DNA of 64,000 bases, from assembly GCA_016712475.1 (NCBI GenBank), contig JADJRA010000001.1, forward strand, positions 1,733,414 to 1,797,413. The letters run 5' to 3'. Below the pieces are notes generated by a model that made no database searches, was not told where the DNA came from, and was given only the letters and a program-made list of their open reading frames with translations. This DNA is from Deltaproteobacteria bacterium. Lineage in GTDB: Bacteria; Myxococcota_A; Polyangia; Nannocystales; Nannocystaceae. The position numbers were made by a program, and so were the translations under genes. Below are positions 39,242 through 49,450 of the stretch, one piece after another (the stretch's first letter is position 1; each line of letters begins with the position of its first letter).

Positions 39242-40735
39242 ATGCCGCGGACACGCATCACTGCGCTCGCCTTCGTCGTCTCCGCGTCGGTGCCGAGCAC
39301 GGCGCTCGCCGAGCAGCTCTGCGGCACGGTCGCGGAGTTCAATGCGGCGATGGCCGCGGACGGCACGGCATCGACCGACGTCACGCTCGACTTCGACGTC
39401 GTCGGCGTGAACCCCAACGACTTCGCCGGCAGCAAGGGTTCGCTGGCGCAGCTGCGCAACAGTGGCTGCGCCGCGGGCCAGGACGCGGTGATCAAGGTCT
39501 ACGGGCCTGAGGATCCGCCCAACGTGGCGCACCCCTCGGGCACGCTGAAGATGGAGTACGGCAACGCGTGCTGCGGCGGCACCTGTGGTGAGAACTGGGC
39601 CGACCCCAACGCGTCGGCCGTCGTGTTCGTCGACGGCAGCGAGAGCTGTCACGTGACCATGTGGATGCGGCCAACCGAGACCGGCTACTCGCTGACGTGC
39701 AACGTCGGGCAGTTCGACGGCCTCGGGGCCAACCCCGAGGGCAACACCGTCGACGGCATCGCGCTGCTCGACTACCTGCTGCCCGATGGTGGCCACACCT
39801 GGGAGATCCCCAACGCGACCGCCAGCAACGACACGGTGTGCTGGGAGTCGGTGCCCTCGGGCATGCAGAGCATCACCGTGCCGGTCGTCGAGGATGTCAC
39901 CGCCGCGCCGTCGTCGCCCGATGCGGTGTACCCCGACATCACCGATCTCGCGGTCGAGGCCGACGGCACCACCGCCTACTTGAAGTTCGTCGTCCCGCCC
40001 ATCGATGGCAAGATCACCGGCGCACGCCTGCTGGTGCACTCGAGCACGGCCCCCTCGTCCGACGGCGACGGCGGCGAGGTGCACGTGGTCGCCGACACCG
40101 ACTGGAGCGAGGCGAACATGACGTGGAACGATCGCCCGGGGTTCGAGGCGGCGTCGCTGGGCCGCATCGGACCCGCGGCCGCCGACGTGCCCCTGTCGCT
40201 CGACCTCGGCACCGCGATCGCCGGCGAAGGGCCGATCGCGTTCGCGATCGAGTCGCCACCCACCGATACCAACGGCACACACTTCTGGTCGAAGGAGGGC
40301 GACCCTGCAGGCGCGGCTGCGCTGCAGCTCGACATCCTGGTCGTCGACGCCGATGGCGACGGCGTCAACGACGGCCCGGATTGCGACGACACCGATCCCG
40401 CCGTGAACCCCGGCGCGAGCGAGAGCTGCAACGGCATCGACGACGATTGCGACGGCGACACCGACGAGGGCTGCGACGGCGTCGACTCTGGCAGCAGCGA
40501 CGGCGGCGGCGACGGTGCGACCACCACCGCGGGCAGCAGCGACGGCGACGGTGGCTCGCCGCTGTCGGCGGGGCCGGGCTTCGGCGACACCGACACCGGC
40601 TGTGGCTGCACCGCCGCCCACGATGACGGCCACGGTTGGTCGGTGCTGCCGCTGCTGCTCGCGGTCGGCGTCGTCAGGCCGCGTCGCCGCGGGCGCGCCA
40701 GCGCGAGACCACCCCGACGTCCTGCAGGTACGTGA
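39242..40735 (+). CDS. Secreted DNRLRE-like / MopE-type metal-binding-motif protein with MYXO-CTERM
   Basis: Signal peptide MPRTRITALAFVVSASVPSTALA. ARLLVHSS...EVHVVADTDWSEANMTWNDRP is DNRLRE-like. DCDDTDPAVNPGASESCNGIDDDCDGDTDEG is the MopE-type motif. GDTDTGCGCTAAHDDGHGWSVLPLLLAVGVVRPRRRGR is the MYXO-CTERM. Confidence 0.7.
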   Translation: MPRTRITALAFVVSASVPSTALAEQLCGTVAEFNAAMAADGTASTDVTLDFDVVGVNPNDFAGSKGSLAQLRNSGCAAGQDAVIKVYGPEDPPNVAHPSGTLKMEYGNACCGGTCGENWADPNASAVVFVDGSESCHVTMWMRPTETGYSLTCNVGQFDGLGANPEGNTVDGIALLDYLLPDGGHTWEIPNATASNDTVCWESVPSGMQSITVPVVEDVTAAPSSPDAVYPDITDLAVEADGTTAYLKFVVPPIDGKITGARLLVHSSTAPSSDGDGGEVHVVADTDWSEANMTWNDRPGFEAASLGRIGPAAADVPLSLDLGTAIAGEGPIAFAIESPPTDTNGTHFWSKEGDPAGAAALQLDILVVDADGDGVNDGPDCDDTDPAVNPGASESCNGIDDDCDGDTDEGCDGVDSGSSDGGGDGATTTAGSSDGDGGSPLSAGPGFGDTDTGCGCTAAHDDGHGWSVLPLLLAVGVVRPRRRGRASARPPRRPAGT

Positions 40736-41237
40736 GGTACTCGCGGACCGTGCAGCGCTCACCACCGCGGAGGCTGGTGAGCAGGTTGAACGGCGTGTGC
40801 AGCACGCCGAAGAGTGACCACCAGCCGGTCACGCCGGTGATCAGCATCGCGCCGGTCTTGCCAGCGTGGGCGTTGCTGGCGGTCGCGACGCGCGGACATG
40901 CGGTGGCACGCAGGCGCAGCAGCAGCATGCCGACACCGATCGGGAACGTCACCAGCTCGGTGTCGAGCCGCACCACGATGCCGTCACGGAGCACGCCGGT
41001 GTCGCGGATCTCGGCTGCGTGATGCAGCAACCACCCGCGAAAAGCGTCCTCGCGGGACTGCTCGAGCACCACGAACACCGCGCCCAGCAGGTAGACCAGC
41101 GCGACGACCAACGCGATGGCGATGGCCGCAAGCGAGTGCACGGGATCGAATGCGAAGGCCGCATAGCCCGCGACGGCGACCACACCGAACATCAACAACG
41201 CGAAGTTGAAGTCGCCGTCGCGATCGACACTCACCAT
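40674..41237 (-). CDS. Small integral membrane protein (hypothetical)
   Basis: Four predicted TM helices (FALLMFGVVAVAGYAAFAF; LAAIAIALVVALVYLLGAVFVVL; ...). 62-bp convergent overlap with the upstream gene's Arg-rich tail. Confidence 0.45.
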   Translation of the reverse strand: MVSVDRDGDFNFALLMFGVVAVAGYAAFAFDPVHSLAAIAIALVVALVYLLGAVFVVLEQSREDAFRGWLLHHAAEIRDTGVLRDGIVVRLDTELVTFPIGVGMLLLRLRATACPRVATASNAHAGKTGAMLITGVTGWWSLFGVLHTPFNLLTSLRGGERCTVREYLTYLQDVGVVSRWRARGDAA

Positions 41238-41373
41238 TACAACGCGAAGCTAGCAGCGTGGTGCTTCGCGCTCAAGCCAGCAGGCGCTCCGAAAAATTGC
41301 CGCATGACCCCCGATGTCCGAGTGGACAGTCGGCCGAACGGCCACCGCCTCCACTGTCCCTTGGAGCAGTCAC

Positions 41374-42495
41374 TCACACGAAGGCGAGATGCTGCGGCTC
41401 CACGCCGTCCGGTCGGCGCAGCTGCACGAGGTCCTTCTGCACCGCGTCGAGCGCCTCGTTGACCTTGTGCTGTAGACACAGCGAGCCGCACATCTTCTGG
41501 GCATTGAAGCTCGGCGAAGCCAGGTGGTTCATCACCTCCCAGTAGCGGTCGCTGGCCCAGATGTCCTTGAAGCGGGTCTCGCAGATGTTGCCGATGTGGA
41601 ACTTCTTATAGCGCTCGTTGAAGAGCATGCCGCACGGCGCGACCAGCCCCGAGCCCGACAATTGGATCATGAAGGGCGGGCCGTAGCAGCGCTGATACGA
41701 GCGCTTGCCCTTGGCCTCGATCTTCGACCACTTGACCACGACCTTGTACGTGTCGTCGGACAGGGCCTCGGCGGCACGCAGCTGCTCGTAGATGCGGTCG
41801 TAGGCGGCGTAGTCGACGCCGAGCTCGCCGTCCTCGGAGTCCGAGCAGTGCTTGAGCACGAGGTAGTCCGGCCGCAGCTCCTGCCCGAGACGCGCCAGCG
41901 GCAGGATCTGATCGCCGTACTGCGGCATCACCACCATCTGCATCCCGATCGTCACCGGCAGCGCGTCGCGCTGCTTGATCTCGACCATGTCGCGGATGTT
42001 CTGGCACACCTGATCGAACCACGACTCGCGCACGCCCATGATCTGGGCGTAGCGCTCGCGTTCGCCGGCGGAGATGTTCACGCGCAGGTACGTCAGGTGG
42101 GGCAGAATCTCCTCGAGGCGCATGCGCGTGAGCGCGAGCCCGTTGGTGCCGACCGCCATCGAGAGCCCGAGCTCGTGGCCGTAGCGGACCGCATCGGCGA
42201 ACACCGGCGAGATGGTGCTCTCGCCGTCGGACACGAAGCTGATGCCGCGCACGCCGATCTCGGCGCAGTCCTCGAGGAAGCCGAAGATCACGTCGCGGGT
42301 GATGACCTTGCGGTCGTTCTCCTGCAGCATCGCGTAGCAGTACTCACACGCGAAGTTGCACGCGCGGGTCAGCGCCATGTCGATCGTGATCGGCGCGATG
42401 CGTTCGCCGCGGAGCCACGCGTCGACGCGGTCCTGGTGCCACGCGATCTTGGTGCCGTCGAGGATCAGATCGGTGTGTTCGGTGAGGCCGGTCAT
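41374..42495 (-). CDS. Radical SAM enzyme with C-terminal SPASM/twitch-type auxiliary Cys cluster, in a sugar-nucleotide context
   Basis: ATG at 42495 (MTGLTEHTD...). ACNFACEYC is CxxxCxxC. C-terminal Cys pattern C..PCGMLF..GNICE..MCGSLC. Adjacent to the 405-aa protein and DegT genes. A BtrN/DesII-like sugar-modifying role is inferred. Confidence 0.8.
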   Translation of the reverse strand: MTGLTEHTDLILDGTKIAWHQDRVDAWLRGERIAPITIDMALTRACNFACEYCYAMLQENDRKVITRDVIFGFLEDCAEIGVRGISFVSDGESTISPVFADAVRYGHELGLSMAVGTNGLALTRMRLEEILPHLTYLRVNISAGERERYAQIMGVRESWFDQVCQNIRDMVEIKQRDALPVTIGMQMVVMPQYGDQILPLARLGQELRPDYLVLKHCSDSEDGELGVDYAAYDRIYEQLRAAEALSDDTYKVVVKWSKIEAKGKRSYQRCYGPPFMIQLSGSGLVAPCGMLFNERYKKFHIGNICETRFKDIWASDRYWEVMNHLASPSFNAQKMCGSLCLQHKVNEALDAVQKDLVQLRRPDGVEPQHLAFV

Positions 42496-42502
42496 GGGAT
42501 GC

Positions 42503-43720
42503 CTATGGGTTCGGGGCCACCACGGCGAGCCGCCGCAGCTTGTTTCGATCGCGCACCTCTTCGAGGTAGATCTCGAGGCGCGGATCGATGCGCTCGTGCA
42601 ACGTTCGCTCGAGCACCATGCACAGCGCGGGCTTGTCGGGCCCGTCGAGCTCGCCGCACAGGCGCAGCACCAGACGAACGTCGAACTCGATCGACACCAG
42701 GCTGGCGTCGCCGGCCTCGCCACCGTGGGCCAGCGCGAAGTCCTCGAGCACCTCTTCGACCGCCTGACGACGCGCCGCGGCGCCCATCGCCGACCACGTC
42801 TCCCGCGGGCCTTCGTCGAACTCATTGGTGCGTTCGCGATAGTCGTTCAGCTCGCGGTAGCGCGAGAGGCACGCACGCACGAGCTTGGTCGGGCGCACAA
42901 AGGCCTCGCTGGCCGCCCGCGGCGTGACGATGCCGGGCACCGGGGGCGCGCTGTCGCGTGCGCGCAGCTGGTGTTCGAGCCGGATGGCGCCGTGGTCCGC
43001 GGCCTCCAGCAATGGCAGCCCCTCGATGATGCGGCACAGCGACTCCATCATGCCGACGTCCTCGGGCGCGCTGGCACCGAAGAAGCCCGCCTCGTCGACG
43101 ACGTGCGAGTCTGGATCGACCGCGAGTGTGAGCATCATGGCATCGTCGGCAGCGGCGACCAGGCGCCGACCGCTGCGCGTCGCGAGCTGACGCGCATGCC
43201 AGGGATCGGCGGCCGCAGACGCGAGCGCGTCCGCGTAGGGCGAGCCGTTCGACGGCGGCGCTGCTACCGGCGCCGGGCCGTGCGGATCGACGTTGCCGCG
43301 CCGGGGGCTGCGCGACGACGGGAGCGAGCGCGCGCCGCCGGTCTCGGCCAGCGCAGCAGCGTGCATCGAGCGCACGAGCACGGTACAGCCGCGGTCGTCC
43401 TCGACCAGACTCGCTGCGCCGAAGCGCGCCGCCATGTCGAGCACCGCGCCGCGATCGATGCCCCGCAACGTGGCATCGTCGAGGTGGATCGCGAGCTGCT
43501 CGCGTCCGGCACAGGCGGCCGCGTCCCACAGATTGCGCAGGCTCGTGACGAGGTCGTCGTCGGGCACCCACAGCGCCAGCTCGGCGGCGGCGGGCCCGAA
43601 GCCCCGCAATCGATCGACGAGTCCCACGCGGTAGTCCTCGACCAACGCGAGGTAGTCGAGCACCTCCGACGTGGTTGTCTCATCGGCGGACGGCGCAGAC
43701 GGCTGCAGGGACACTGTCAT
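42503..43720 (-). CDS. Hypothetical protein (405 aa), operonic with the rSAM and DegT genes
   Basis: ATG at 43720 overlaps the upstream DegT stop (ATGA). No recognisable motifs. High GC3 throughout. Confidence 0.6.
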   Translation of the reverse strand: MTVSLQPSAPSADETTTSEVLDYLALVEDYRVGLVDRLRGFGPAAAELALWVPDDDLVTSLRNLWDAAACAGREQLAIHLDDATLRGIDRGAVLDMAARFGAASLVEDDRGCTVLVRSMHAAALAETGGARSLPSSRSPRRGNVDPHGPAPVAAPPSNGSPYADALASAAADPWHARQLATRSGRRLVAAADDAMMLTLAVDPDSHVVDEAGFFGASAPEDVGMMESLCRIIEGLPLLEAADHGAIRLEHQLRARDSAPPVPGIVTPRAASEAFVRPTKLVRACLSRYRELNDYRERTNEFDEGPRETWSAMGAAARRQAVEEVLEDFALAHGGEAGDASLVSIEFDVRLVLRLCGELDGPDKPALCMVLERTLHERIDPRLEIYLEEVRDRNKLRRLAVVAPNP

Positions 43721-44862
43721 CGATGGAACTCCGCAATGGTCGCCGCGACACGCTCGAGTTCGGCGTCGCGCAGGAACTGGTGGATGGGGAGCGAGAGGAT
43801 GCGAGACGCCTGTGACTCGGCGACCGGAAAGTCGCCGACGCGGTGCCCGAGCGCGCGCGCGGCCGGCTGCAGATGGATCGGCACCGGATAGTGAATCGAG
43901 CTGCCGATGCCGCGGCTGGCGAGGAACTGCTGCAGCGCGTCGCGGCGGTCGACCTGCACCACGAAGGTGTGGAAGCTGTTGAACTGCGCGGGCTCGCACG
44001 GCGGCGAGAACACCCGACTGCCATCGAGCAGCGCGCGGTAGCGGGCAGCATTGCGGCGCCGCGCCGCGATGACCTCGTCGATGTGCGCGAGTCGGTGCGC
44101 GAGCACGACCGCCTGCACGGTGTCGAGCCGCGAGACGGTGCCCCACTCGGCGACGGTGTTGCGATCGACGAGGCCGTTGTTGCGCAGCCGCCGGAGCCGC
44201 GTCGCCAGTTGATCGTCGTCGGTGACGATGAAGCCGGCGTCACCCATGGCGTTGAGGTTCTTGAGCGGGTGAGCGGAGAAGCAGCCGACGTCGCCCATGC
44301 GACCGGCGTGGCGGCCTCCCAGCCGTGAGCCGAAGGCCTGCGCAGCGTCCTCGATGATCCGCAGGCCGCGCTCGGCTGCGATCTGCATGATCGCATCCAT
44401 CGCGGCGACACGACCGGTCAGGTGTACCGGCATGATCGCGCGGGTGCGCGAGCCGATGGCGCGCACGACCGCATCGGGGTCGATGTTCTGATCCGGCAGC
44501 ACGTCGGCGAACACCGGCGTCGCGCCGACCATCGTGATCGCTGCGGTCGAGGCCACGAAGGAGTTCGGCGGTGTGATGACCTCATCGCCGGGGCCGATGC
44601 CCATCGCGCGCAGCGACAACACCAGCGCGTCGGTGCCCGAGGCCACCGCGATGGTGTGCGCGGCCCCGGTGTACGCACAGACCTGCTGCTCGAAGCGCTC
44701 GATTGCCGCACCACCGATCCACTGAGCCTCGGCGAGCGCGTCGAGGATCGCCGGGCCCAGCTGCTCGCGCTCGGCGGCGAACTGCGCAGCGAGGTCCACG
44801 TACGGGATTGGCGCGCCATCGATGGCGACCTCGGGCATTCGTCGCGGTGCTGCGTGGTCCAT
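43717..44862 (-). CDS. DegT/DnrJ/EryC1/StrS-family PLP-dependent sugar aminotransferase
   Basis: IPYVDLAAQF N-terminal block, AVASGTDAL, DAAQAFGS, SAHPLKNL and TRLRRLRNNG motifs. GAAGG Shine-Dalgarno before ATG at 44862. Confidence 0.85.
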   Translation of the reverse strand: MDHAAPRRMPEVAIDGAPIPYVDLAAQFAAEREQLGPAILDALAEAQWIGGAAIERFEQQVCAYTGAAHTIAVASGTDALVLSLRAMGIGPGDEVITPPNSFVASTAAITMVGATPVFADVLPDQNIDPDAVVRAIGSRTRAIMPVHLTGRVAAMDAIMQIAAERGLRIIEDAAQAFGSRLGGRHAGRMGDVGCFSAHPLKNLNAMGDAGFIVTDDDQLATRLRRLRNNGLVDRNTVAEWGTVSRLDTVQAVVLAHRLAHIDEVIAARRRNAARYRALLDGSRVFSPPCEPAQFNSFHTFVVQVDRRDALQQFLASRGIGSSIHYPVPIHLQPAARALGHRVGDFPVAESQASRILSLPIHQFLRDAELERVAATIAEFHR

Positions 44863-45022
44863 GGCCGAGCCTTCGTGGTCTCCAGCTCTTCGTAGTGAGG
44901 ACGGATGTTCGGCGCCAGTGCAGGGCTTCGCGGCGCAACGCCGCAGACGCACGAAGGGCGCCCACGGGCGACGGGCCCGCGCGCGCCCGTCGTGGAACGC
45001 CCGCGCGATCCGCAGATCGGTG

Positions 45023-46123
45023 CTACTTGGCGTAGAAGCTACGCACGGTCGCGATCACGTGGTCTTGCTGCTCGCGCGACAGGTGCTGGTCGCAGGGGAA
45101 CGTGATGATCTCGCCGAGGTGGCGGTCGGTCACGGGGAAGTCGCCCGCGCGGTAGCCGAGGTGGGCGAGACCCTTCTGGCGGTAGACCGGGATCGGGTAG
45201 TGCACCTTGGCCTCGATGCCGTGCGCGAGACAGTGTGCGAGCAGCTCGTCGCGTCGCTCGGCGAACACGATGTAGAGGTGGTAGACGCGGCGCATGCCAT
45301 CGACCCGCGGCGGGATGCGGATGCCGGGGATCTCGCACAGGTGGCGGTCGTAGTACGCCGCGTGCTCGATGCGCTTGGCCGCGATCGACTCGGTCTGCGG
45401 CAGCAACCAGTTGCCGACGACGGCCTGCAGGGTGTCGAGCCGCGAGTTGTAGCCGAGCACCGCGATCTCGTCGCGGTTGGACATGCCGTGGTTGCGCAGC
45501 AGTCGCAGGGACGCGGCAGTGTCGTCGTCGTCGGTGACGATCACGCCGCCGTCGCCCCACACGTTGAGGTTCTTGAGCGGATGCAGCGAGAAGCCACCCG
45601 CGCGGCCCCAGGTACCGGCCCGCTTGCCGCCGATGTCGGCGAGGATCGCCTGGCAGGCGTCCTCGACCACCACCAGGCCGCGGCGCGTCGCGATCTCCAT
45701 CAGCGCCGGCATGTCGGTCATGTAGCCGGTGTAGTGCACCGGCATGATGGCCTTGGTGTTGGGCGTGATGGCCTTCTCGACCTGCGCGACGTCCATGCAG
45801 AAGGTGTCGTTGCAGTCGACGAACACCGGGCGCGCGCCGACCTCGGCGATCGCACCGACGGTCGCGATGAAGGTGTTCGCGGTGGTGATGACCTCGTCGC
45901 CGGGCCCGACCCCCGCGGCGCGCAGCGGCAGCTTGAGCGCGTCGGTGCCCGAGCCCACGCCGATCGCGTGCTTGCTGCCGATGAGGGCCGCGAAGCCCTG
46001 CTCGAAGCGCTCGAGCTCGCGGCCGAGCGTGAAATCCCCCGACTGCACGAGGGCCTTGATGTTCTGCAGCAAGTCGTCGATCTCGGCGAACTGCTGCGGC
46101 AGGTACGAATAGCGCACGTGCAT
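45023..46123 (-). CDS. DegT/DnrJ/EryC1/StrS-family PLP-dependent sugar aminotransferase (second copy)
   Basis: YSYLPQQF, GVGSGTDAL, EDACQAI, SLHPLKNL and SLRLLRNHG motifs. Confidence 0.85.
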   Translation of the reverse strand: MHVRYSYLPQQFAEIDDLLQNIKALVQSGDFTLGRELERFEQGFAALIGSKHAIGVGSGTDALKLPLRAAGVGPGDEVITTANTFIATVGAIAEVGARPVFVDCNDTFCMDVAQVEKAITPNTKAIMPVHYTGYMTDMPALMEIATRRGLVVVEDACQAILADIGGKRAGTWGRAGGFSLHPLKNLNVWGDGGVIVTDDDDTAASLRLLRNHGMSNRDEIAVLGYNSRLDTLQAVVGNWLLPQTESIAAKRIEHAAYYDRHLCEIPGIRIPPRVDGMRRVYHLYIVFAERRDELLAHCLAHGIEAKVHYPIPVYRQKGLAHLGYRAGDFPVTDRHLGEIITFPCDQHLSREQQDHVIATVRSFYAK

Positions 46124-46140
46124 GATGGCGATCCTCGGGG

Positions 46141-47241
46141 CTAGAACGGGCCCTTGAAGCTGGGGTGCGGGATGTCGAGGGGTCGATCTTCGCGGTGCTG
46201 CGCGAGCTTGCTCGCAACCGCCTCGGTGACGCTGCGCGGCAGACCCACGAGCTCTCCGATGGTCTCGGCGATCTTCGGCGAGCGCGGGTAGTAGTGCTGG
46301 GAGAGTGCGCTCGAGCTGGGCGTGGGGTGCTCGGGCAAGCCGATCCGGCGGGGGGCGGCGCGCAGATCGTCGAACGCACCCGCGACGGTCTGCGCGATGA
46401 CCTCGGCGCCGATGCCATAGCCGGCGTGGCCGGTGTCGACGGTGAGCAGGCGACCCGTGCGTCGCACGGACTCGACGATGGCGTCGGTCTGCAGCGGTCG
46501 CAGCACGCGGAGGTCGAACAGCTCGACGCCGCAGCCGGCCTCGGCGAGCGCCTGTGCGGCCTGCAGCGCCTCCAGCGTCATGTACGAGGTCGCAACCACG
46601 GTGACGTCGTCGCCCGAGGTCAGCTTGCGCGGGCCATCGAGCGGTAGCGGGGCATAGCCGGGATCGATCGCGCCCTCGGCGTAGTGCACCCAGCGGTGCT
46701 CGATGATGACGACGGGACCATCATCTTCGATCGCACCCAGCAGCAGGCCCTTGGCGTCGCGGGCACACGAGGGCATCACGACCTTCAGGCCCGGGATGTG
46801 GGCGAACAACACCTCGAGGCTCTGCGAGTGCGCGGGCCCCTGGCCCCAACCGCGCCCGACGATGAGCCGCACCGTGATCGGCACCCGGTGTCGACCGCCG
46901 GAGACGTAGTGCATCTTGGCGGCGTTGTTCACCAGCTGCTCCATCGCGAGCAGCGTGAACTCGACGCGCTGGTGCACGAGCAGCGGTCGTTGGCCCGCCA
47001 ACGCGGCACCGATCGCGGCGCCGGTCCAGCCGTTCTCGGCGATCGGCATCTCGAGCACGCGGTCGGCACCGAAGCGCTCGCGCAGGCCCGAGGTGGTGCC
47101 GAACACGCCCTTGGGATCGGTCACGCCCTCGCCCATGACGAACACGCGCGGATCGTGCTCCATCGCGAGCACGGTGGCCTCGTGGATCGCATCGGCCGCG
47201 TGGGTGACACGGGCTCGGTTGTCGCGTGCGAGCTCAGGCAT
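46141..47241 (-). CDS. TPP-dependent 2-oxoacid dehydrogenase E1 component beta subunit (transketolase C-terminal-like)
   Basis: VFVMGEGV, AENGWTGAAIG, LIVGRGWGQGPAHSQS and FDLRVLRPL blocks typical of PDH/acetoin-DH E1-beta. Confidence 0.8.
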   Translation of the reverse strand: MPELARDNRARVTHAADAIHEATVLAMEHDPRVFVMGEGVTDPKGVFGTTSGLRERFGADRVLEMPIAENGWTGAAIGAALAGQRPLLVHQRVEFTLLAMEQLVNNAAKMHYVSGGRHRVPITVRLIVGRGWGQGPAHSQSLEVLFAHIPGLKVVMPSCARDAKGLLLGAIEDDGPVVIIEHRWVHYAEGAIDPGYAPLPLDGPRKLTSGDDVTVVATSYMTLEALQAAQALAEAGCGVELFDLRVLRPLQTDAIVESVRRTGRLLTVDTGHAGYGIGAEVIAQTVAGAFDDLRAAPRRIGLPEHPTPSSSALSQHYYPRSPKIAETIGELVGLPRSVTEAVASKLAQHREDRPLDIPHPSFKGPF

Positions 47242-48247
47242 GGACGGACTCCGCGATCGTGTGCGGCGCGGGGAACGGCGCGGCAAGGGCTGCAGCGAAG
47301 GCCGTGTCGATCTCGGCGGCGATCTCCGCCTCCATCGTCGACAACGCCTCCTCGTCGAGCTCGGCGGTCTCGATGAGTTCGTTGGTGAAGCGCGCGATCG
47401 GACAGCGCGCGGCCCAGCGCGCCAGCTCGCCCGGCGGGCGATAGCCGAGGTGATCGTCGTCGGCCGGCCCGCAGTGTTCGAGCAGGCGATAGGTGTGCGC
47501 GATGATGAGGCTCGGGCCCTCGCCCCGACGCGCGCGCATGGTCGCGTGGGTCATGGCGCCGCGCACCGACAGGACGTCGTTGCCGTCGACCTCCATCGCC
47601 GGCATGCCGTGGGCGTCGGCGAATGCCGACAGCGGACGCACCGGCTGCCGCTGCGACAGCGGCGTATAGACCGAGTAGAGGTTGTTCTCGAGCACGAACA
47701 CCAGCGGCAGCCGGCCGGTGGCGGCCAGGTTGGCGCTCTCGTGCACGACACCCTCCTCGAGCGCGCCGTCACCGAAGAACGCCACCGACACGCCGTTGTC
47801 CCGGCGCTGCTTCGAGGCCAGCGCCAGGCCCACGCCGAGCGGCACGTTGCCGCCCACGATCGGCACGCTGGCCATCACGCCGGCATTGTCGTCGAACAGA
47901 TGCATCGAGCCGCCGCGGCCACTGCAGCAGCCGGTGACCTTGCCGTGCAGCTCGGCGATCATGCCCTCGAGATCGCCTCCCTTGGCGAGGTAGTGCGCGT
48001 GGCAACGGTGGGTGCTGACGATGCGATCGGTGCGTCGCAGCACCGAGCACGCTCCGACCGCCGCCGCCTCCTGGCCGATCGAGAGGTGCACCGGGCAGCG
48101 CATGCGACCGGCCGGGTACTCGCGGGCGATGCGTTCTTCGACCCGACGGATGCGGATCATCTGGCGCAGTAGCTCGCGGCGCTCGAGCGCCGCGGGCACC
48201 GCGTGGACACCGGCTCGGGGCAGGCCCAATTCGTAGAGTTCGTCCAT
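47234..48247 (-). CDS. TPP-dependent 2-oxoacid dehydrogenase E1 component alpha subunit
   Basis: IRRVEERIAREY, GQEAAAVG, TPP-binding GDGALEEG...ENN block, SVRGA. Confidence 0.8.
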   Translation of the reverse strand: MDELYELGLPRAGVHAVPAALERRELLRQMIRIRRVEERIAREYPAGRMRCPVHLSIGQEAAAVGACSVLRRTDRIVSTHRCHAHYLAKGGDLEGMIAELHGKVTGCCSGRGGSMHLFDDNAGVMASVPIVGGNVPLGVGLALASKQRRDNGVSVAFFGDGALEEGVVHESANLAATGRLPLVFVLENNLYSVYTPLSQRQPVRPLSAFADAHGMPAMEVDGNDVLSVRGAMTHATMRARRGEGPSLIIAHTYRLLEHCGPADDDHLGYRPPGELARWAARCPIARFTNELIETAELDEEALSTMEAEIAAEIDTAFAAALAAPFPAPHTIAESVHA

Positions 48248-48251
48248 GACG

Positions 48252-49262
48252 TCACTTCAGGTTCGCGACCTGCATGCGCTTGATGTTGTGGTAGAGCGGA
48301 TCGTTCATCGCGTCGGGCACCTTGCCGGCCGCGAACGCATCGCACAGCTCGCGCACGGCGTCGGCGATGGTGTGGCGGGGCGCGAGCCCGATGCGAGTGC
48401 GGAGCTTGTCGTCGGTGACGTGGTACGAACGGTTGTCGTTGGTCGGCACCACCTCGAACTCGATGCCCGGATCGACGTTGCGTCGGACCACGTCGGCCAG
48501 CTCGCGCACCGTGAGGTTCTCGTTGCCAGCATTGAAGATCTCGCGATCGACGAGCTCGTCGGGCTGCACCAGCAGGTCGAGGTAGACCGCGACCATGTCG
48601 GCGATGTGGATGTTCGGCCGCATCTGCTCGCCACCGAACACGCGGATGCGGCGGTTGTGCCACGCGTGCGCAGTGAGGATGTTGACCACGAGGTCGAGGC
48701 GGAGCCGCTTGGCGTAGCCACACACCGTCGAGGGCCGCACCGTCACCGTCACGAAGCCCGGTGCAGACTCCTGCGCCAGCACCTGCTCGCACAGCGCCTT
48801 GTACTTCGAGTAGTCGGTCAGCGGCTCGAGCGGCAGGTCCTCGGTCACCGCCGACTCCTGCTTCACGCCGTACACGCTCGATGACGACGCGTACACGAAG
48901 CGCTTCACACCGGCCTGCTTGGCGGCCTGCACCAGCGGACGGAACGCGTCGTAGTTGATCGAGCGGCCGAGTGCGGGGTCGAGGTCGTAGGACGGGTCGT
49001 TCGAGATGCACGCGAGGTGGATGACCGCGTCGACCCCCTGCATCGCACGCGCGACTGCCTCGGGATCGCGGATGTCACCCTCGATCTCCACGAGATCGGG
49101 GGTACGCACGTCGTCGAAGAGGTCGCGGCCGTAGAGGTAGAGATCGAGCACGGTCACGCGATAGCCCTCGCGCAACAGCGCGGGCACCAGCGCACTACCG
49201 ACATAGCCGGCGCCGCCGGTCACGAGCACGTGTTCGATGGGGGGACGAGTCGGGGCAATCAT
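48252..49262 (-). CDS. NAD-dependent sugar epimerase/dehydratase (extended SDR)
   Basis: VLVTGGAGYVGSAL Rossmann motif and YSKYK catalytic YxxxK. 336 aa. Confidence 0.85.
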   Translation of the reverse strand: MIAPTRPPIEHVLVTGGAGYVGSALVPALLREGYRVTVLDLYLYGRDLFDDVRTPDLVEIEGDIRDPEAVARAMQGVDAVIHLACISNDPSYDLDPALGRSINYDAFRPLVQAAKQAGVKRFVYASSSSVYGVKQESAVTEDLPLEPLTDYSKYKALCEQVLAQESAPGFVTVTVRPSTVCGYAKRLRLDLVVNILTAHAWHNRRIRVFGGEQMRPNIHIADMVAVYLDLLVQPDELVDREIFNAGNENLTVRELADVVRRNVDPGIEFEVVPTNDNRSYHVTDDKLRTRIGLAPRHTIADAVRELCDAFAAGKVPDAMNDPLYHNIKRMQVANLK

Positions 49263-49450
49263 GATCCACTCCGCGCAAACTTCGTAGTGAAGCGGACCGC
49301 CGTCTGCCAGGGGACCGCACCCCCGGGCCGCACTGGAACCGACGGCCCCGATCGGGCCACCTTCGCTGGTAGACTGCGGCAGCCAAGCCCGTGAGCCCAT
49401 CGGATCCTTCGCAAGGCCAGGCGCCGGCCCGCGCTCCTCGTGCACGTGGG